Positions 38,995-52,740 of a DNA stretch of 64,000 nt are shown here, in pieces. Each line of letters begins with the position of its first letter. Position 1 is the first letter of the stretch. The stretch comes from the human T2T-CHM13v2.0 reference genome, Homo sapiens. The stretch lies in assembly GCF_009914755.1 (NCBI RefSeq), contig NC_060941.1, one strand, 5' to 3'. Under the pieces are notes generated by a model that searched no databases, was not told the DNA's origin, and worked only from the letters and a program-made list of their open reading frames with translations. A program made the position numbers and the translations under genes.

Positions 38995-39740
38995 ATAGCA
39001 TACATTTATTGGAGTTCTTACTCTTTGTGGGCACAGTGCTTAGAGCTTTAAACATATTCTTATTTAATCCTCACAACTCTTTAAGTAGTGGTAATAAGGA
39101 AACTATGTCATAGACAACTTAATATAAAAAGCAATCGGTAATACAGTAATAGCAGTACATTGGCTTATGGTAGATACTCTGTACTCTGCGGTATTGGAGA
39201 TGGCAAAGACTGTTGAATATTTCAGCAGGAGCTGTGGTCAGAGAGGATACTTGATTCATTCACCCAAACCAGCTTCGACTCCTCTCTTCCTAAATAGTAC
39301 TTCAGTTTTCCTCTCACTTGAGCTTTAAATCTTGGAGTCAGCATTGAAGCACCATCTACATTATCTCCTATATGCAGTCAGGACCAGACCCTGAGGGTTC
39401 AGCTCTCACAGAGTTTCTCACATTCTTTCCATATTCTCCATTCTCAATATTGCTAATTAGCTTGCCTCCCTCCTCTGGTCTTTCCATCTTCTTCTTTTTT
39501 TTTTTTTTTAACTTTTATTTTAGGTTCCGGGGTGCGTGTGAAGGTTCATTACATAAGTAAACTTGTGTCACGGGGGTTTGTTGTACAGATTATTTCGTCA
39601 CCCCGGTATTAAGCCGAAGACCCATCAGTTATCTTTTCTGCTTCTCTGGTCTTTCTGTCATCTAATCAGTATAATGCCTGGCTGCCAAAGTAATCTTTCT
39701 AAAATGCAGCTCAGAATCATGTCATTTCTCTGTCTTACAG
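38995..39740. mobile_element. MIR and L2 fragments
   Basis: MIR tacatttattggagttcttact...tttaatcctcacaac; L2 aatcttggagtca...aatctttctaaaatgcagctcagaatcatgtca. Confidence 0.55.
39485..39643 (-). mobile_element. Short L1PREC2/L1PA13-like 3' end
   Basis: Poly(T) plus ~130 bp of 3' UTR; TSD ctctggtctttc at 39473-39484 and 39644-39655. Confidence 0.85.
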
Positions 39741-40106
39741 TTATCATTGCCAGCATCCTTGTTCAGTTAGTGTGCAGGAATAGAAATTAGCAACATTTAA
39801 AAGCAGTTTTGAAGAAAACAAGTTACAGTTTATTACCTTTAAAATTAACTCATTGATACTTAAGAAAAGCTAAAAAAAAAAAATTTAAAGAATAGACACT
39901 GCCAGATGGACAATGAAATGGAACATGTAATGGAAAAGAACTAAAGGAACAGAGATAGTAAGATAATGTATAAGAACATGCCAACACAATGCTTAATGAA
40001 TTTTATTAATTCAGCAAAAAAAAAAACAAAGACTAAAATTATTTCTATGCCAGATGAGTCATCAGTATTTGGCATCAGTATTTTTAGTACTTAAAAAGAG
40101 GTAACA

Positions 40107-40372
40107 GGCCGGGTACAGTGGATCGTGCCTGTATTCCCATCATTTTGGGAGGCTGAGGCAGGAGGATCACTTGAGGCTAGGAATTCGAGACCAGCCTGGG
40201 CAACATAGTGAGACCTGTCTTTACAAAAACTTTAAAAATTAGCCATGCACGGTGGTACACGCCTGTAGTCCCAACTACTCAGGAGGATCACTTGAGTCCA
40301 AGGCTGCAGCTTCAGTGAGCTATGATTGTGTCACCACACTCCAGCATGGCTGACAGAATGAGGACCTGTCTT
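40107..40372 (+). mobile_element. AluJ with internal deletion and degenerate purine-rich tail
   Basis: ggccgggtacagtgg...; TSD remnant gtaaca. Confidence 0.85.
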
Positions 40373-40404
40373 AAGGAGAAGGATAAGGAGAAGCAACAGA
40401 GTAA

Positions 40405-41298
40405 CAAGGCAATCTATGGAATAGGAGAAAATATTTTCAAACCATGTATCTGATAGGAGTTAATATCCAGAATATATAAGAAACTCCTACAACTCAGTAG
40501 CAACAAAACAATGTTTAAAAATGGACAAAGGACTTACATAGACATTTCTTCAAAGAAGACATACAAATAGCCAATAGGTATATGAAAAAATGCTCAATAT
40601 CACTTATTGTCAGGGAAATGCAAATCAAAACCATAATGAGATAGTACCTCACACCTGTTAACATGGCCATTATTTAAAAAAAAAAGAAAGAATAACAAGT
40701 GTTGGTGAGGATGTAGAGAAATTGGAACCCCATACACTGTTGGTGGGAATGTAAAATGGTGCAGTTGCTATGGAAAACAGTATGGAGGTTCATCAGATAT
40801 TTAAAATAGAACTGCCATATGATCCAGCAATCCCACTTCTGGGTATTTTTCCAAAAGAACTGAAATCAGGGTCTCAGAGATATTTTCACTCCTATGTTTA
40901 TTGCAGCATTATTCACAATTGCCAAGAGACAGAAACTACCTAAATGTTAAAGGATGAATGGATCAAGAAAATGTGGTCTATATATCAATGGAAAAGAGAT
41001 CCTGTAATATGCTACAATATGAATGAAACTTGAGAACATTCTGCTAAATGAAGTAAGCCAGTCACAAAAGGACAAATATGACATGATTCCACTTACATGA
41101 GGCATCTAAAGTAACCATCAGAATAGAAAGTAGAATAGTGGTTGCCAGGAGCTGGGGGAAAGAGGAAATGGGGAGTTCCTGTTCAATGGGTATAAAGTAT
41201 CAATCATGAAAGATGAAAAAGTTCTAGAGGTCTGCTGTACAACATTGTGCTTATAGTTAGCCATGCTGTACTATTCACTTAAAAATTTAAGAGGGTAG
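40405..41298 (+). mobile_element. L1MB1/2-like ORF2 end and 3' UTR
   Basis: gaaatgcaaatcaaaaccataatgagat...gttctagaggtctgctgtacaacattgtg...aagagggtag. Confidence 0.82.
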
Positions 41299-41499
41299 CT
41301 TTGTGCTTTAATTAGCCTCTCCCCCTATGGAAGAACAAACATCAGGAGTAGGCAACAGATGGCACTGAAACGTGAAGGTGAGGGGAAGTCCATGATGCTG
41401 CCAAGACTCCTGAAAGTGATTGAGAAATGTGTAAAGTGAAAAGACTTGAGCAGAGTTCGTCATCAAGAATGGGAAGACAGGATGAAAGCATGACCATCA

Positions 41500-41670
41500 C
41501 TAGCATTTACTGAGCATTTACTATGTACCAGGTTTCATGCTAATAACTACATTATCATGACAGCCCCATGAGGTATATGTATCCCCTTTTACAGAGTAAG
41601 AAATCAAGATGGAGAGAGGAGTTAAGTAATTTGCAAAAGGTCACAGAGTTGTTATGTCTGAGCATATAAC
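41500..41670 (-). mobile_element. MIR
   Basis: catttactgagcatttactatgtaccagg...ccccttttacagagtaagaaatc...aaggtcacag. Confidence 0.75.
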
Positions 41671-43757
41671 CTACCCTGATATAATACCTGTGGTTAAATG
41701 ATCTTAGGGGCTATAAATTAGAAACAGAGGATTGTGACCCAAAGGAGAGGTAAATTAAGATATATAGAGAGTGTAGCTGATCTAGTAAAAGGAAAAAGCT
41801 CTAAGCCTTGCTAGGAAATACTAAACTCCTGAAACCCCATGCTTTTATATAGCACCTGTCATATCACATAATGTTTTCAAAGGACTGAAAGTCTTAGACT
41901 AGGTGCAGCAATCCTCACTGGTGAGCACTGTACAGAAAGGACACCTCAACAAGGAACATAGTGTTTTCAAAAATAAACTGATTGTTCCCAAGGAGTCCCC
42001 CCCACCCATTTTTAACTTTTATTCCCCTATGTCTTATGAGTGAGATAAAAGTTTTAGATCAAATTCTAGAAAGGTCTTAGATTGAGAATCATCAGCTCTA
42101 GAGAGTTCTTTTCAGAGACATGCCTGACTTCATTGACCCTGTTTTTTACGAAAGATTATGGGGAAGTGGGGAGAAATGAAGTGGCAAAGGGATTCTGTGA
42201 AGGAACAAGGGAAATAACATTTGAGTCATGGTTAGTTCATAGTCAGTATCACTCAATTCTCATATGTTTAAAATCTGATTCACGTAAAGCTTTTTTTAGC
42301 ACTAAGAAAGAATCTTAAAGATTTCATCCAAGTCCTTTGTTTCACATTTAATGAAACTGCCTCCAAAAGCAGTTAATTCCACTTGCCCAGGGTAATAGAA
42401 TAATAAACCATGAACTAGAATCCAGATCTAACTTAGTTCATTTCTCTCTTACCCTCTCCACGATTCTGTTACACTCTCGAATTTCACAGATTTGCCAAAT
42501 CTCAGGATGAAATGTACTTTTCAGTCTAAATAGTTAAAACTAAACCCCAGATATGTTTTTTAATTGTTGGGTAAAAAAGTAAAACCTAGTTTTTTTTTAA
42601 TTCAGTTTAGGTATTGACCTACTCTCTATATAGAATAGACTGTAGGCTGCCAAGTAAATATCATATCTTCTTAATTATTGAGGATGTCTGCTAATAGTGA
42701 AGGTTGATCCTTTCCCTCCTCTTTTTAAAAGAGTTGCTTTTTTAAGAGTCCTTCCCACCATCCTTTGTAGTAATTAATTACTAAGATATGATGAAAATAT
42801 CTGTCTCCTAGCTTAGTCACTTTTGTTCTTGCTTTCTCCCTTTTTTCTTTCCACTAAAAATGACTTGTTTAAATACATCTGTTACTTCTTTGTCTGATTC
42901 TGTTTATTAGCAGAAATCTGATAGGGTTAGAAAAATTGCTAGGTAGATTTTATGTAATACTGATCTATAGGGACAGGTTGCTCTGCTGAATGCTTCTGGA
43001 ACTTCAGTAGGTCTTTTTTACTTTGGCTAACACCTACCTATAAATAGGTAGCTATACTGGCTGTACTGTAAGAACTACTTGCTGAGAATTTTTAAGCTAA
43101 AAATATTCCTCTCAGAGTTAATGAGGTAAAATCATCATCTGGCACCTCTGGCCTGACAAATGAATGCGCACTTTGCTAAAGCATTTTAAAGCCATAATAA
43201 AAACATGTCTGAATTCCAGCTTTTGTTAGTGGAAGAATTGCCTTTTTGGACTAAGCCTTCCATGGATAACAATTAAGAATTATGAACAAAATACAAAAAA
43301 TAACTATTTGAAGGCACTGGAGAGTGGCAGAAAGCAGATGGAAGTGGGAAGTGAGTTTACATTTGAAATATAGGGACCAAAACTTATATTTGGAATATAA
43401 GGACAAACTTGTATTTTCAAGTTTGTAGCATTTTGCTTAAGGACTCTTTCCAATCTGTGGATGGCTTCAGGTGGCAGAAAGCCACAGCTTTACTTACTTG
43501 AAGTATCAAAGGACAGAATCCCAAAGCTGGCAGAATACTGGAAAGTTAGCAAGGAATTTCTAAAAGAAAGGGAGCTGCAGAGGCGGTAGGTCCCAAAATG
43601 TGTGTGTAAGCCTTGCCCCAGATCCTTGGCTGACTACTGAACCATATATGTATAGAAGAAATCCTAATAAGCTCTGCAAATAAAGAAACACCCAGAAGCT
43701 GAAAGAACTTTTCAGCTGCTTATTATAACCGAAGAGAATTTGAATCCGGCTAAGTTA

Positions 43758-43803
43758 ACTTGAACAAAAATCAGCATACTTGAACAAAAATCAGCATACT
43801 TGA
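43758..43803 (+). repeat. Perfect 20-bp tandem duplication
   Basis: acttgaacaaaaatcagcat twice, then acttga. Confidence 0.95.
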
Positions 43804-43853
43804 GAGGAACATAACAGAATCCAGAGGTTCTAAAATGTATCTGTTAAACCCAG

Positions 43854-44290
43854 TGTAATTGAATAATGTATCCCAAAAATTCAGGTCCACCCAGAATCTA
43901 AGAACGTGACCTTTTTGGAACTAAGACCTTGCAGGTGTAATTAAATTAAAATGAGATCACGCTAAATTAGGGTGAGCCCTAAATCCAATGACGGTATTTT
44001 TTAAAAAGAAGAGAAGTCACACAGAAGTACACAAGGAAGGGGGCCATGTGAATTTGGAGGCAGAAGTTGGAGTGATAGAGCTGTATAAGCCAAAGAACAC
44101 CATGGATTTATAGGAGCTACCGAAAACTAGGAAGAGGGAAAAACTTTCTTGAGCCTCAGAGGGAGCATGGCCCTAGGGACACCTTGATTTTGGACTTCTA
44201 GCCTCCAGAACTGTGAGAAAATAAAATTTGGTTGTTTTAAGCCACAAAGTTAGTGGTAACTTGTTATGGCAGCCCTAAGAAATTAATACA
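43854..44290 (+). mobile_element. MLT1C-like MaLR solo LTR
   Basis: ...ccttgattttggacttctagcctccagaactgtgagaaaataaa...aattaataca; TSD cccag/cccaa. Confidence 0.85.
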
Positions 44291-45727
44291 CCCAATGTAG
44301 TAAAAAGGAAGGAAATATTATAATAAAGATAAGAGCAGAAATCAGTGGAGTAAGAAATAGACAAACATTAGCAATAATGAACAAAGCCAGAATTCGTTAT
44401 TTGAAAAAATAAAATTTATGAACCCCATAAATAAAATTTATGAATCTTAATATTGCTTAAGAAAAATGGGAGAAAACACAAATTACTAATATCAGGAATG
44501 AAAGAGGAGATATCACTACACATTCTACAGACATAGAAAGGATAATAAGAAAATATAAAGAGATATTATATATGCCAGTAACTGCAACAACTTAGATGAA
44601 AATAACAAATTTCTTGAAAAGCACAACTTACCAAAACTAACACAAGGTGAAATAAAATATCTCAGGGTCTCTATTTCCTTTGAGAAATTGAACCTGCTAT
44701 CAGAAACCATCCACCAAATAAAACTTCATGATCAAGTGGTTTCACCATTGAATTCTATCAAATATTTAAGAGTAGGTGGCTAGATCATCTGACAGGTATA
44801 TGTTTAACTTTTTAAGAAACTGCAAAATGATATTCAAAGTGGTTGTATCATTTTCGTTCTCACTATCCATGTATGAGAGTTTCAGTTCCTCCCCATTCTT
44901 GTTGGTACACAGCGTGGTCAATCTTTTAAACTTTTGATATTCTACTACTATGTAGTGATGTCTCACTGCGCCTTTAATTTGGATTTACTAGTAACTGATA
45001 TTGAAAATCTTCCTGTGCGCCTATTTGCTATCTGAACATCCTCTTTAAGTTGTGAAACTTTTTTTATCTAGTTTGGATGCACGTCCTTTAACAGATACTT
45101 GATTTACAAATATTTTTTCCTCGTTTATGACTTCTCTTTTCATTCTCTTAACAGTGTCTTTTGAAGACAGAAGTTTTTAGATGTCCAACTTGTGAATTTA
45201 TGTCTTAGAGGACTGGCCTTTTAGTGTCGTGTTTAAGATTTCTCTGACAAATGAAAGGACACAAATATTTTCTCCTAGAAATTTTGTAGTTTTATGTTTT
45301 ACATTTAGGTATCTGATTGATTTTGAGTAAATTTTTGTATATGATGCAAGATATGTGTCAACATTCTTTTTCTTTTCGGTTTCTTCTTTTTGGAGGGGAA
45401 GATACGGATACCTAGTTGTTCCCGCACCATTTGTTGTAAAGACTATTCATCTACTGGATTCCTTTTGTACCTTTGTTAAAAATTATTCATCCATAGATAT
45501 ATAGTTCTATTTCTGGACTTCTGTTTCACTTATCTAATAATATTCTGTATTGATACTAATAACATACTTTATTACTGTAGCTTTATAGTAAATCTTGAAA
45601 TCATGTCAACACTCCAGTCTTCTTTTTTAGAGTTATTTCAGCTATTCTAGATTCTTTGCATTTCCGTGTGAAGCCTTATAAATTTCTACAAAAAAAAAAA
45701 CTGCTAGAGTTTTTATGGAGATTGCAT

Positions 45728-45768
45728 TGGATGGATGGATGGATGGATGGACAGACGTACAGACAGAT
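45728..45768 (+). repeat. (GATG)n/(GACA)n compound microsatellite
   Basis: tggatggatggatggatggatggacagacgtacagacagat. Confidence 0.85.
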
Positions 45769-47704
45769 CAATTTGAGGGGGGAAGATAGATAATTTGGGA
45801 GAAAATTGACTTATCAGTATTGAATCTTCCAACCTATATAGTATATCTCTGCAGTCATGTAGACCTTCCTTAATTTCTATCAGCTGTATTTTCTAGCTTT
45901 CAATGTATAAATGTTGAAAATCTTTTATACTTATCCTTCAGTATTTCATATTTCTTATGCTATTGTAAATGATATTGCTTTTAGCTTAATTTCTAATTGT
46001 TCATTGCCAATATATAGAAGTACAATTGATTTTTACCATGTTGCTCTTGTATCCTAAAACCTTGCTAAACTCACTTATGAGTTCTAATGACTTTTTTTAA
46101 TAGATTCAGTCAGATTTTCTGCATAGATGATCATGTTGTCTGTAAATAAAGATAATCTTAGTTCTTCCTTTTTCTTTTTCTTGCCTTATTACTCTGACTA
46201 GAACTAGTACAATGTTGAGTAGAAACAAAGAGAGCGGAAATTCTTGCTTTTTCTTGGTCTTAGGTGGAAAGCTTTCAGTCTTTCACCATTAGCTATGTCA
46301 ATATGTTCTCCATAGATGTTCCATATCAGATTAAGGAAGTTCTTTGCTGTTGTTAGTTTGTTGATACTTTTTTTTCAATCAGGAATTTATATTGGATTTT
46401 GTCAGAATTCCTCAACATCAATAGAAGTTATATTTTTCTTTTTTAGTTAAACATTGCAAATCACATTGATTGATATTTGAATCTAACTTCGCATTCCTAA
46501 GAGAAAAGCTACTTGGTCATGACTTTTTAATATATTGATGGATTCAATTTGCTGCAATTTTGTATTTACTGTTCTGTATTTATGTTCATGAGAGATACTG
46601 GTTTCTAGGGTTTTTTGATGTCTTTGTCTGGTTTTAGTATCATGGTAATGGGAAAGTATTCCCTCCTCTTTACTTTTTTTTAAAGCATTTCATTTGCGTT
46701 CCATTCAAAATACTTTCAAATTTGTCTTTTGACTTTTTCTTTGATTTACATGTATTTATTTCTGGGGAACTTCCAGATATATTTCTGCTATCGATTCCAA
46801 GTGTAATTTCACTGTTATCAAAGAACATGCTTTGTATGACATGATTTCTTTTAAATTTATACAGAATTTTTTACGGCCCAAAATATAGTCTGTCTTCATA
46901 AATGTTTCATATGCAATTGAAAAGAATTTGCTATTTTACAGTAGACACTTCTATAAATATCAAATAGGTCAAATTGTTTTTTTCAAGTCTTCTATATCCT
47001 TGCTGATTTTCTACTTGTTCGCTTAATTATTAGAAGAGAGACATTGAAATCTTTAGCTGCAAAAATGGATTTTGTGGATTTCTGTATTATTCCTTGTAGT
47101 TTTTGCTCTTTGTGTTTGGAGCTTTGTTATTAGAGCGTGTATTTAGGACTGTTATGTATTCTTGATGCACTGACCCAGTGATCATTAGGGAATGACCTTT
47201 TTTTAATCCTTGATGATACTCTTTGCTCTGAAATCACTTTGTCTAATAATAAAAACCACTCCACCTTTCTATTATTTGTGTTAGCATATATTAGTTATCT
47301 TTGTCCATACCTTTAATTTTAGCCTATTTGTTTATTTATATTTACAGTGAGCTTCTTATTAGCATCATAGTGATGGGTCTTGCTTTTTTATCCAATCTGT
47401 CTTTGGCTTCTAATTGAAATATTTAGATCATTTACTTTTTTTTAATTAGGGGAGGTTTAAATTTATCTTCTTGCTATTTGTTTTTCATTTATCCTATCTA
47501 TTCCTTGTTCTCATCCTGCTTTTCTCTATTTTGCTACCACATTTTGATTATTTGTATATTTTTATCTCCTTAGTTAATTAGCTGTACTCTTTGTTATTGT
47601 TTGTTCACTGTATCATGTATACTATGTAGGTTTAACTTATTACAGTGTACCCTTAAGTGATATTACACCATTTCATGTATAGTATAAGAGCATTACAATA
47701 GTTA

Positions 47705-48243
47705 TGTCAGGAGTGCCCCTCAGTTCACGGATTCCCTGGGAAGACTCACAGGACTCAACATATAGTCATTCCCACAGCTATGCTTTATTATAATGAAAGG
47801 ATACAAAGGAAAATCAGCAAAGGGAAAAGCCACATGGTGCAAGTCTGGAGGAAATTAGACACAAGCTTCCAAGTACCCTCCCCAGTTAAGTCACACAACA
47901 TACACTCAATTCCTCCAGCAATTAGTTGTGACAACATGTGTGAAATATTGTATACCGGGAAAACGCATTAGTGATTCATGACCCAAGATTTTTATTGGCG
48001 TGTGGTCATACAGACCCCCACCTTGCCTAACACATACCAAAATTCCAGGCAGCCAGAAGGGGAGCAGGTAAACCACATTGTTTATACAAACTGTTTAGGT
48101 ACAATGAGCCGTTCTTACCAGTTCTGGGAATGGTAAGAACCCTCCTGAAATCCAAGTTCCCAGACTCCTGCCAAGAGTCAACCTTGTAAGCAAGCTTTCT
48201 GAGGGGAGCAGCCTCAGACCTGTTATATTAATTATTTCTGCAC
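47705..48243 (-). mobile_element. MER68-like ERVL solo LTR
   Basis: Reverse complement starts gtgcagaaataattaatataacaggtctgaggctgct...; + strand ccctcctgaaatccaagttcccaga motif. Confidence 0.75.
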
Positions 48244-49123
48244 CATGTATATTTCCATTTGTCCCCTCCCAACTTCTATGTTGTTGTTGTCAGACATTTT
48301 ACTTATATAAATGTTATATACCCCACAATACAGCAGTTAGTTATCTTTTAAAGAGTTTTAACCAATAAGATAAAAATCTTATGTATTTATCCATGTGTTA
48401 CCATTTCTGGTGCTCTTCATTTCTTTGTGTTAATCCATATTTGCATCTGCTGTCTTTCCTTCTGCCTGAAGGACTTCCTTTAACATTTCTTGCATTGTGG
48501 ATCTGCTAGTGATTAATTTATTCAGCCTCTATATGTCTGTAAAGGTCTTTATTTTAATATGATTTTTGAAATATTTGAAAGATGTTTTCACTGGGTAAAG
48601 AATTCTAAGTTGACAGATTTTTTTTCCTTTCCATAATTTAAAACTACAGATCCACTGCCTTCTCACTTGCATTATTTGTGACAGGGAATCTGCTGTCATT
48701 CTTTCCTTTGTTCCTCTGTACTTAATGTCATTTCTTCTCTAGCTGCTTTTAAGATTTTCTCTTTATCACTGTTTTGATCAGTTTGATGTGCCTTAGTGTC
48801 ATTTTATTCATGTTTCTTAAACTTGAGGTTTATTGAACTTCTTGGATCAGTGGGCTTATAGTTTTCTTCAAATTTGGAAATTTTGTAGCCATAGTTTCTT
48901 TAAATGTATCTTCTTTCCCCCACCTTCAGAGACTGCAATTACAACTATATTTGTCCACTTGGAGTTATCTCACAGTTCACTGATGCATTTTTATTTTGGA
49001 GGGTCCCTCTGTGTTTTTAATTTTGTATAGTTTCTATTCCTTTGTCTTGAAGGTCATTCATCTTTTCCTCTGTAACGTCAAATGTGTCACTAATTCTATC
49101 TAGTGTATTTTTCACTTCAGCTG

Positions 49124-49449
<326 letters not shown>

Positions 49450-49899
49450 TCATTTCAGATGTTCTAATTTTATATCTAGAAGTTCAATTTGAGTCTTATA
49501 GCTTCCTTGTTCATACCTTTTGAGCATATTTAATACAGTAATAATCTGTTTTAAGATATTTCTCTACTAATTCTAACATCTGTCTTATTTGTCAGTTTCA
49601 ATTGATTGATTTTGTTTCTCCTAAATATGAATCATATTTTCTTGCTTCTTTGCATACCTGATAATCTCTTTTTGGTTATCTGATGTTGTGAATTTTAGCT
49701 TGTTGGGTGTTAGAAATTTTTGTATTCTTATACATATTCTTAAGCTTTTTTCTGAAATGTTATTTGCAGACAATATGATCAGTTTTCTGTCTTGCCTTAA
49801 TCATTTGTTAAGCAGGACCACAGCAGCATGTATTCCAGGTCTAATTGTTTGGTACTTCTGAGATAAGACCCTTCTGAGTATTCTACTGAATGTCCTGTA

Positions 49900-50192
49900 T
49901 ATATATATTTTTTTTTGAGGAGTCTCTGTCACCCAAGCTAGAGTGCAGTGGCATGATCTCAGCTCACTGCAGTCTCCATCTCCTAGTCTCAGCAATTCTC
50001 CTGCCTCAGCCTCCTGAGTAGCTGGGACTACAGGTGAGCACCACCATGCCTGGCTAAGTTTTTGTATTTTTAGTAGAGACGGGGTTTCACCATGTTGGCC
50101 AGGCTGGGTCTCGATCTCCTGACCTCAGGTGATCTGCCTGCCTCGGCTCCCCAAAGTGCTGGGATTACAGGCGTGAGCCACTGTGCCTGGCC
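49900..50192 (-). mobile_element. AluSx-like
   Basis: TSD gaatgtcctgta at 49888-49899 and 50193-50204. Confidence 0.9.
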
Positions 50193-50521
50193 GAATGTCC
50201 TGTAAATTTTTCCATTCTGGCTGGTAGGAACAGGTACTATTTCTGGCCCTATGTAAGAAGCAGATACTTTTTTTTCTAATCTTGGATAGATCTTTTCTCA
50301 GCCTTGGATAGTTTCCTCACATACACATGCCAGTGAGTACTCCATTGATTTCTCAAGGGTTAATTTCCACAGATCTCCAGAATTATTTCTGCACAGCTTT
50401 CTTCTTCCCAGAACTCTGTCCCTTGAATTCTCACTGCCTTGGTCTCCTGGGATTCTCAGCTCCACCTCCTCAAGTAAGGGAATGTGTCAGATTCTGACTG
50501 GGTTCTCTCTCTTTGCATTGT

Positions 50522-52740
50522 TTAATCTCTGTGTATTTTGGAATTTTCCAGCTATCTTTCTGTTATTGGTTTCTAATAATTCCATTGTGATCTGAGAGCA
50601 GATATTATATGCTTTCTATTTTAAATTCATTAAGATCTGTTTTATGGTTCAGAATGTGGTCTGGTTTGGTAAATACTCCGTGTGAACTTGAAAAGAATGT
50701 GCATTCTGCCCTTGTTGGGTAAAGTCATCTATGGATGTCAGTTATATTCAGGTATTTGATGGTATCGTTGAGTTCAACTGTGTCCTTACTGATTTTTCTG
50801 CCTGTTGGATCTGTCCATTTCTGTTAAAAGGATGTTGAAATCTATATATGAGATCTATAAGGATCTTCATATGTTTTTGGAGAATTTACCCCTTTATCAT
50901 TATGTAATACCCCTCCCTGTTCCTAATTGTTATCTGTTAGATCAATTCAGAATAAAAAAAAAATAAAAGTTTGTATCTTACCTTCACTTATTCCTTCTTT
51001 AGTGCTTTTCCTTCCTTTATGTAGATTTTAGTTTCTGACCTATATTATTTTCCCACTCTAAAGAACTTTTCTTAACATTTCTTGCAAGGCAAGTCTGGCA
51101 ACAAATTTCCTCAATTTTTATTTGTCCAGGAAAGTCTTTATTTCTCCTTTACTTCTGAAGGATAATTTCTCAGGGTACAGAATTCTAGGTTGGTGGGGTT
51201 TTCTCTCAACATTTTAAGTATCTTACTCCCCTCTCTTCTTGCTTGCTTGGTTTCTGAGAAGTCACATGTAATTCTTATCTTTGTTCCTCTATAGATGAGG
51301 CATTTTAAAAATCTGGCTTCTTTCATGATTTGTTCTTTATCGTAGTTTCAAAATGATACGCCTAAGTATAGCTTAGGGGGCATTTATTATGGTTGATGTT
51401 CTCCGACCATCTTGTGGTTTGCTGTCTGATATTAATTTGGGGAAAATTCTCAGTCATTATTGTTTCAAATATTTATTCTGTTCCTTTTTCTCTTTTTTCT
51501 CCTTCTGGTATTCCCTATTATGCATATTTACACCTTTTGTAATTGTTCCACAGTCATTGGATATTTTATTCTGGGTTTTTTTCAGTCTTCGTTCTCTTCG
51601 TTTTTCAGTTTTGAAAGTTTCTGTTGATACATCCTCAAAATCAGAGATTCTTTACTCTGATTTTTATCTATTAATAGACCACATACAGTCCATTAATAGT
51701 CCCATTAAAGGCATTCTTCACCTCTTTTGCAGTGTTTTTTAATCTCTAGCATTTCTTTTTGGTTCTTCCTTAGGATTTCCATCTCTTTGCTTACATTACC
51801 CACTATTGTTGCATGCTGTCTACTTTATCCATTAGCGCCTTTAACGTGTTAATCATAGTTGTTTTAAATTCCCTGTCTGTGTGTTACATCTCTGCCATGT
51901 CTGGTTCTGATGCTCACCCTGTCTCTTCACATTGTGTTCTTTGCCTTTTAGTATTCCTTGTGCTTTTTTCTTGATAGCTGGATATGATCTACTGTTTTAA
52001 AGGAACTGCTGTAAGTGGGCCTTTATTATTAATCATGTGGTAGTGAGCTGTGGGGATGAGGAAGCGTTCTGTAGTTCAGTAAGTAGGTCTCAGTTTTTTA
52101 GTGAGCTTGTGCCTCTGAACTGTAAGCTTCATAAGTGTTCCTCAGGTATTGTTTTCCTTCCCCCCCTTCAGTGGGAGAGGAGGACTAGAGTGGGAGACAG
52201 TTGGGTATTTCCCTTCTCCCACAAGGAATGCTTCCCTTCAGTTAGGCACTGATAATACTCCAGCAGGTTGGGCTCTGGTGAACTAGGTTCCCCTGAGGGC
52301 AGGCCTTGTTAAGAGCATTGTGCTTTGGCATGTTTCAAAATGGTTACTTTTCCCCTTCTTCTGCTAGAAGCTTGAGGGGATTTTTCTTCAGTATTTACTG
52401 TGAGAACCTGGTTGGGCTCCTAGAGGTAAGTCACACAAAATGGTGGCGGCCCCCATCTCTGAGTGCCCCTGGAGTTGTTAACTCTCAGACTTGTCCACAT
52501 GGAGCCTCCAGCAATTTGTCAGTAGCAAGTCAGGTTTTCCTACCCTGGCTCTGGTTCCCACTGCATTTTCCACTCTGGTAAGCTGTGACTCCCTGACTGT
52601 ACTCAGTGATTTGCCCTGTGCCCTCACCTCTTATGGATCCTGGAATTGTTGAATTTTTAGTCTGTTCAGGTTTTTACTTGTTGTTAGGATGAAGTGGTGA
52701 CTTCCAAGCTCCTTACATGTGAAACTGGAAACTGGAAGTC
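50522..52740 (-). mobile_element. Second L1M (5' end, ORF1, start of ORF2) nested in the first
   Basis: ORF1-like peptide 51138..51326 (IRITCDFSETKQARRE); 5' terminus ...actggaaactggaagtc; candidate TSD tctctctttgcattgt / tcccttcttacattgt. Confidence 0.7.

Larger units (their letters stand above)
43210..44770 (+). mobile_element. Old L1M pieces (5' region 43210-43853, ORF2 44296-44770), split by MLT1C
   Basis: aactatttgaaggcactggagagt 5' motif; caaattactaatatcaggaatgaaagaggagatatcactaca ORF2 motif. Confidence 0.65.
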
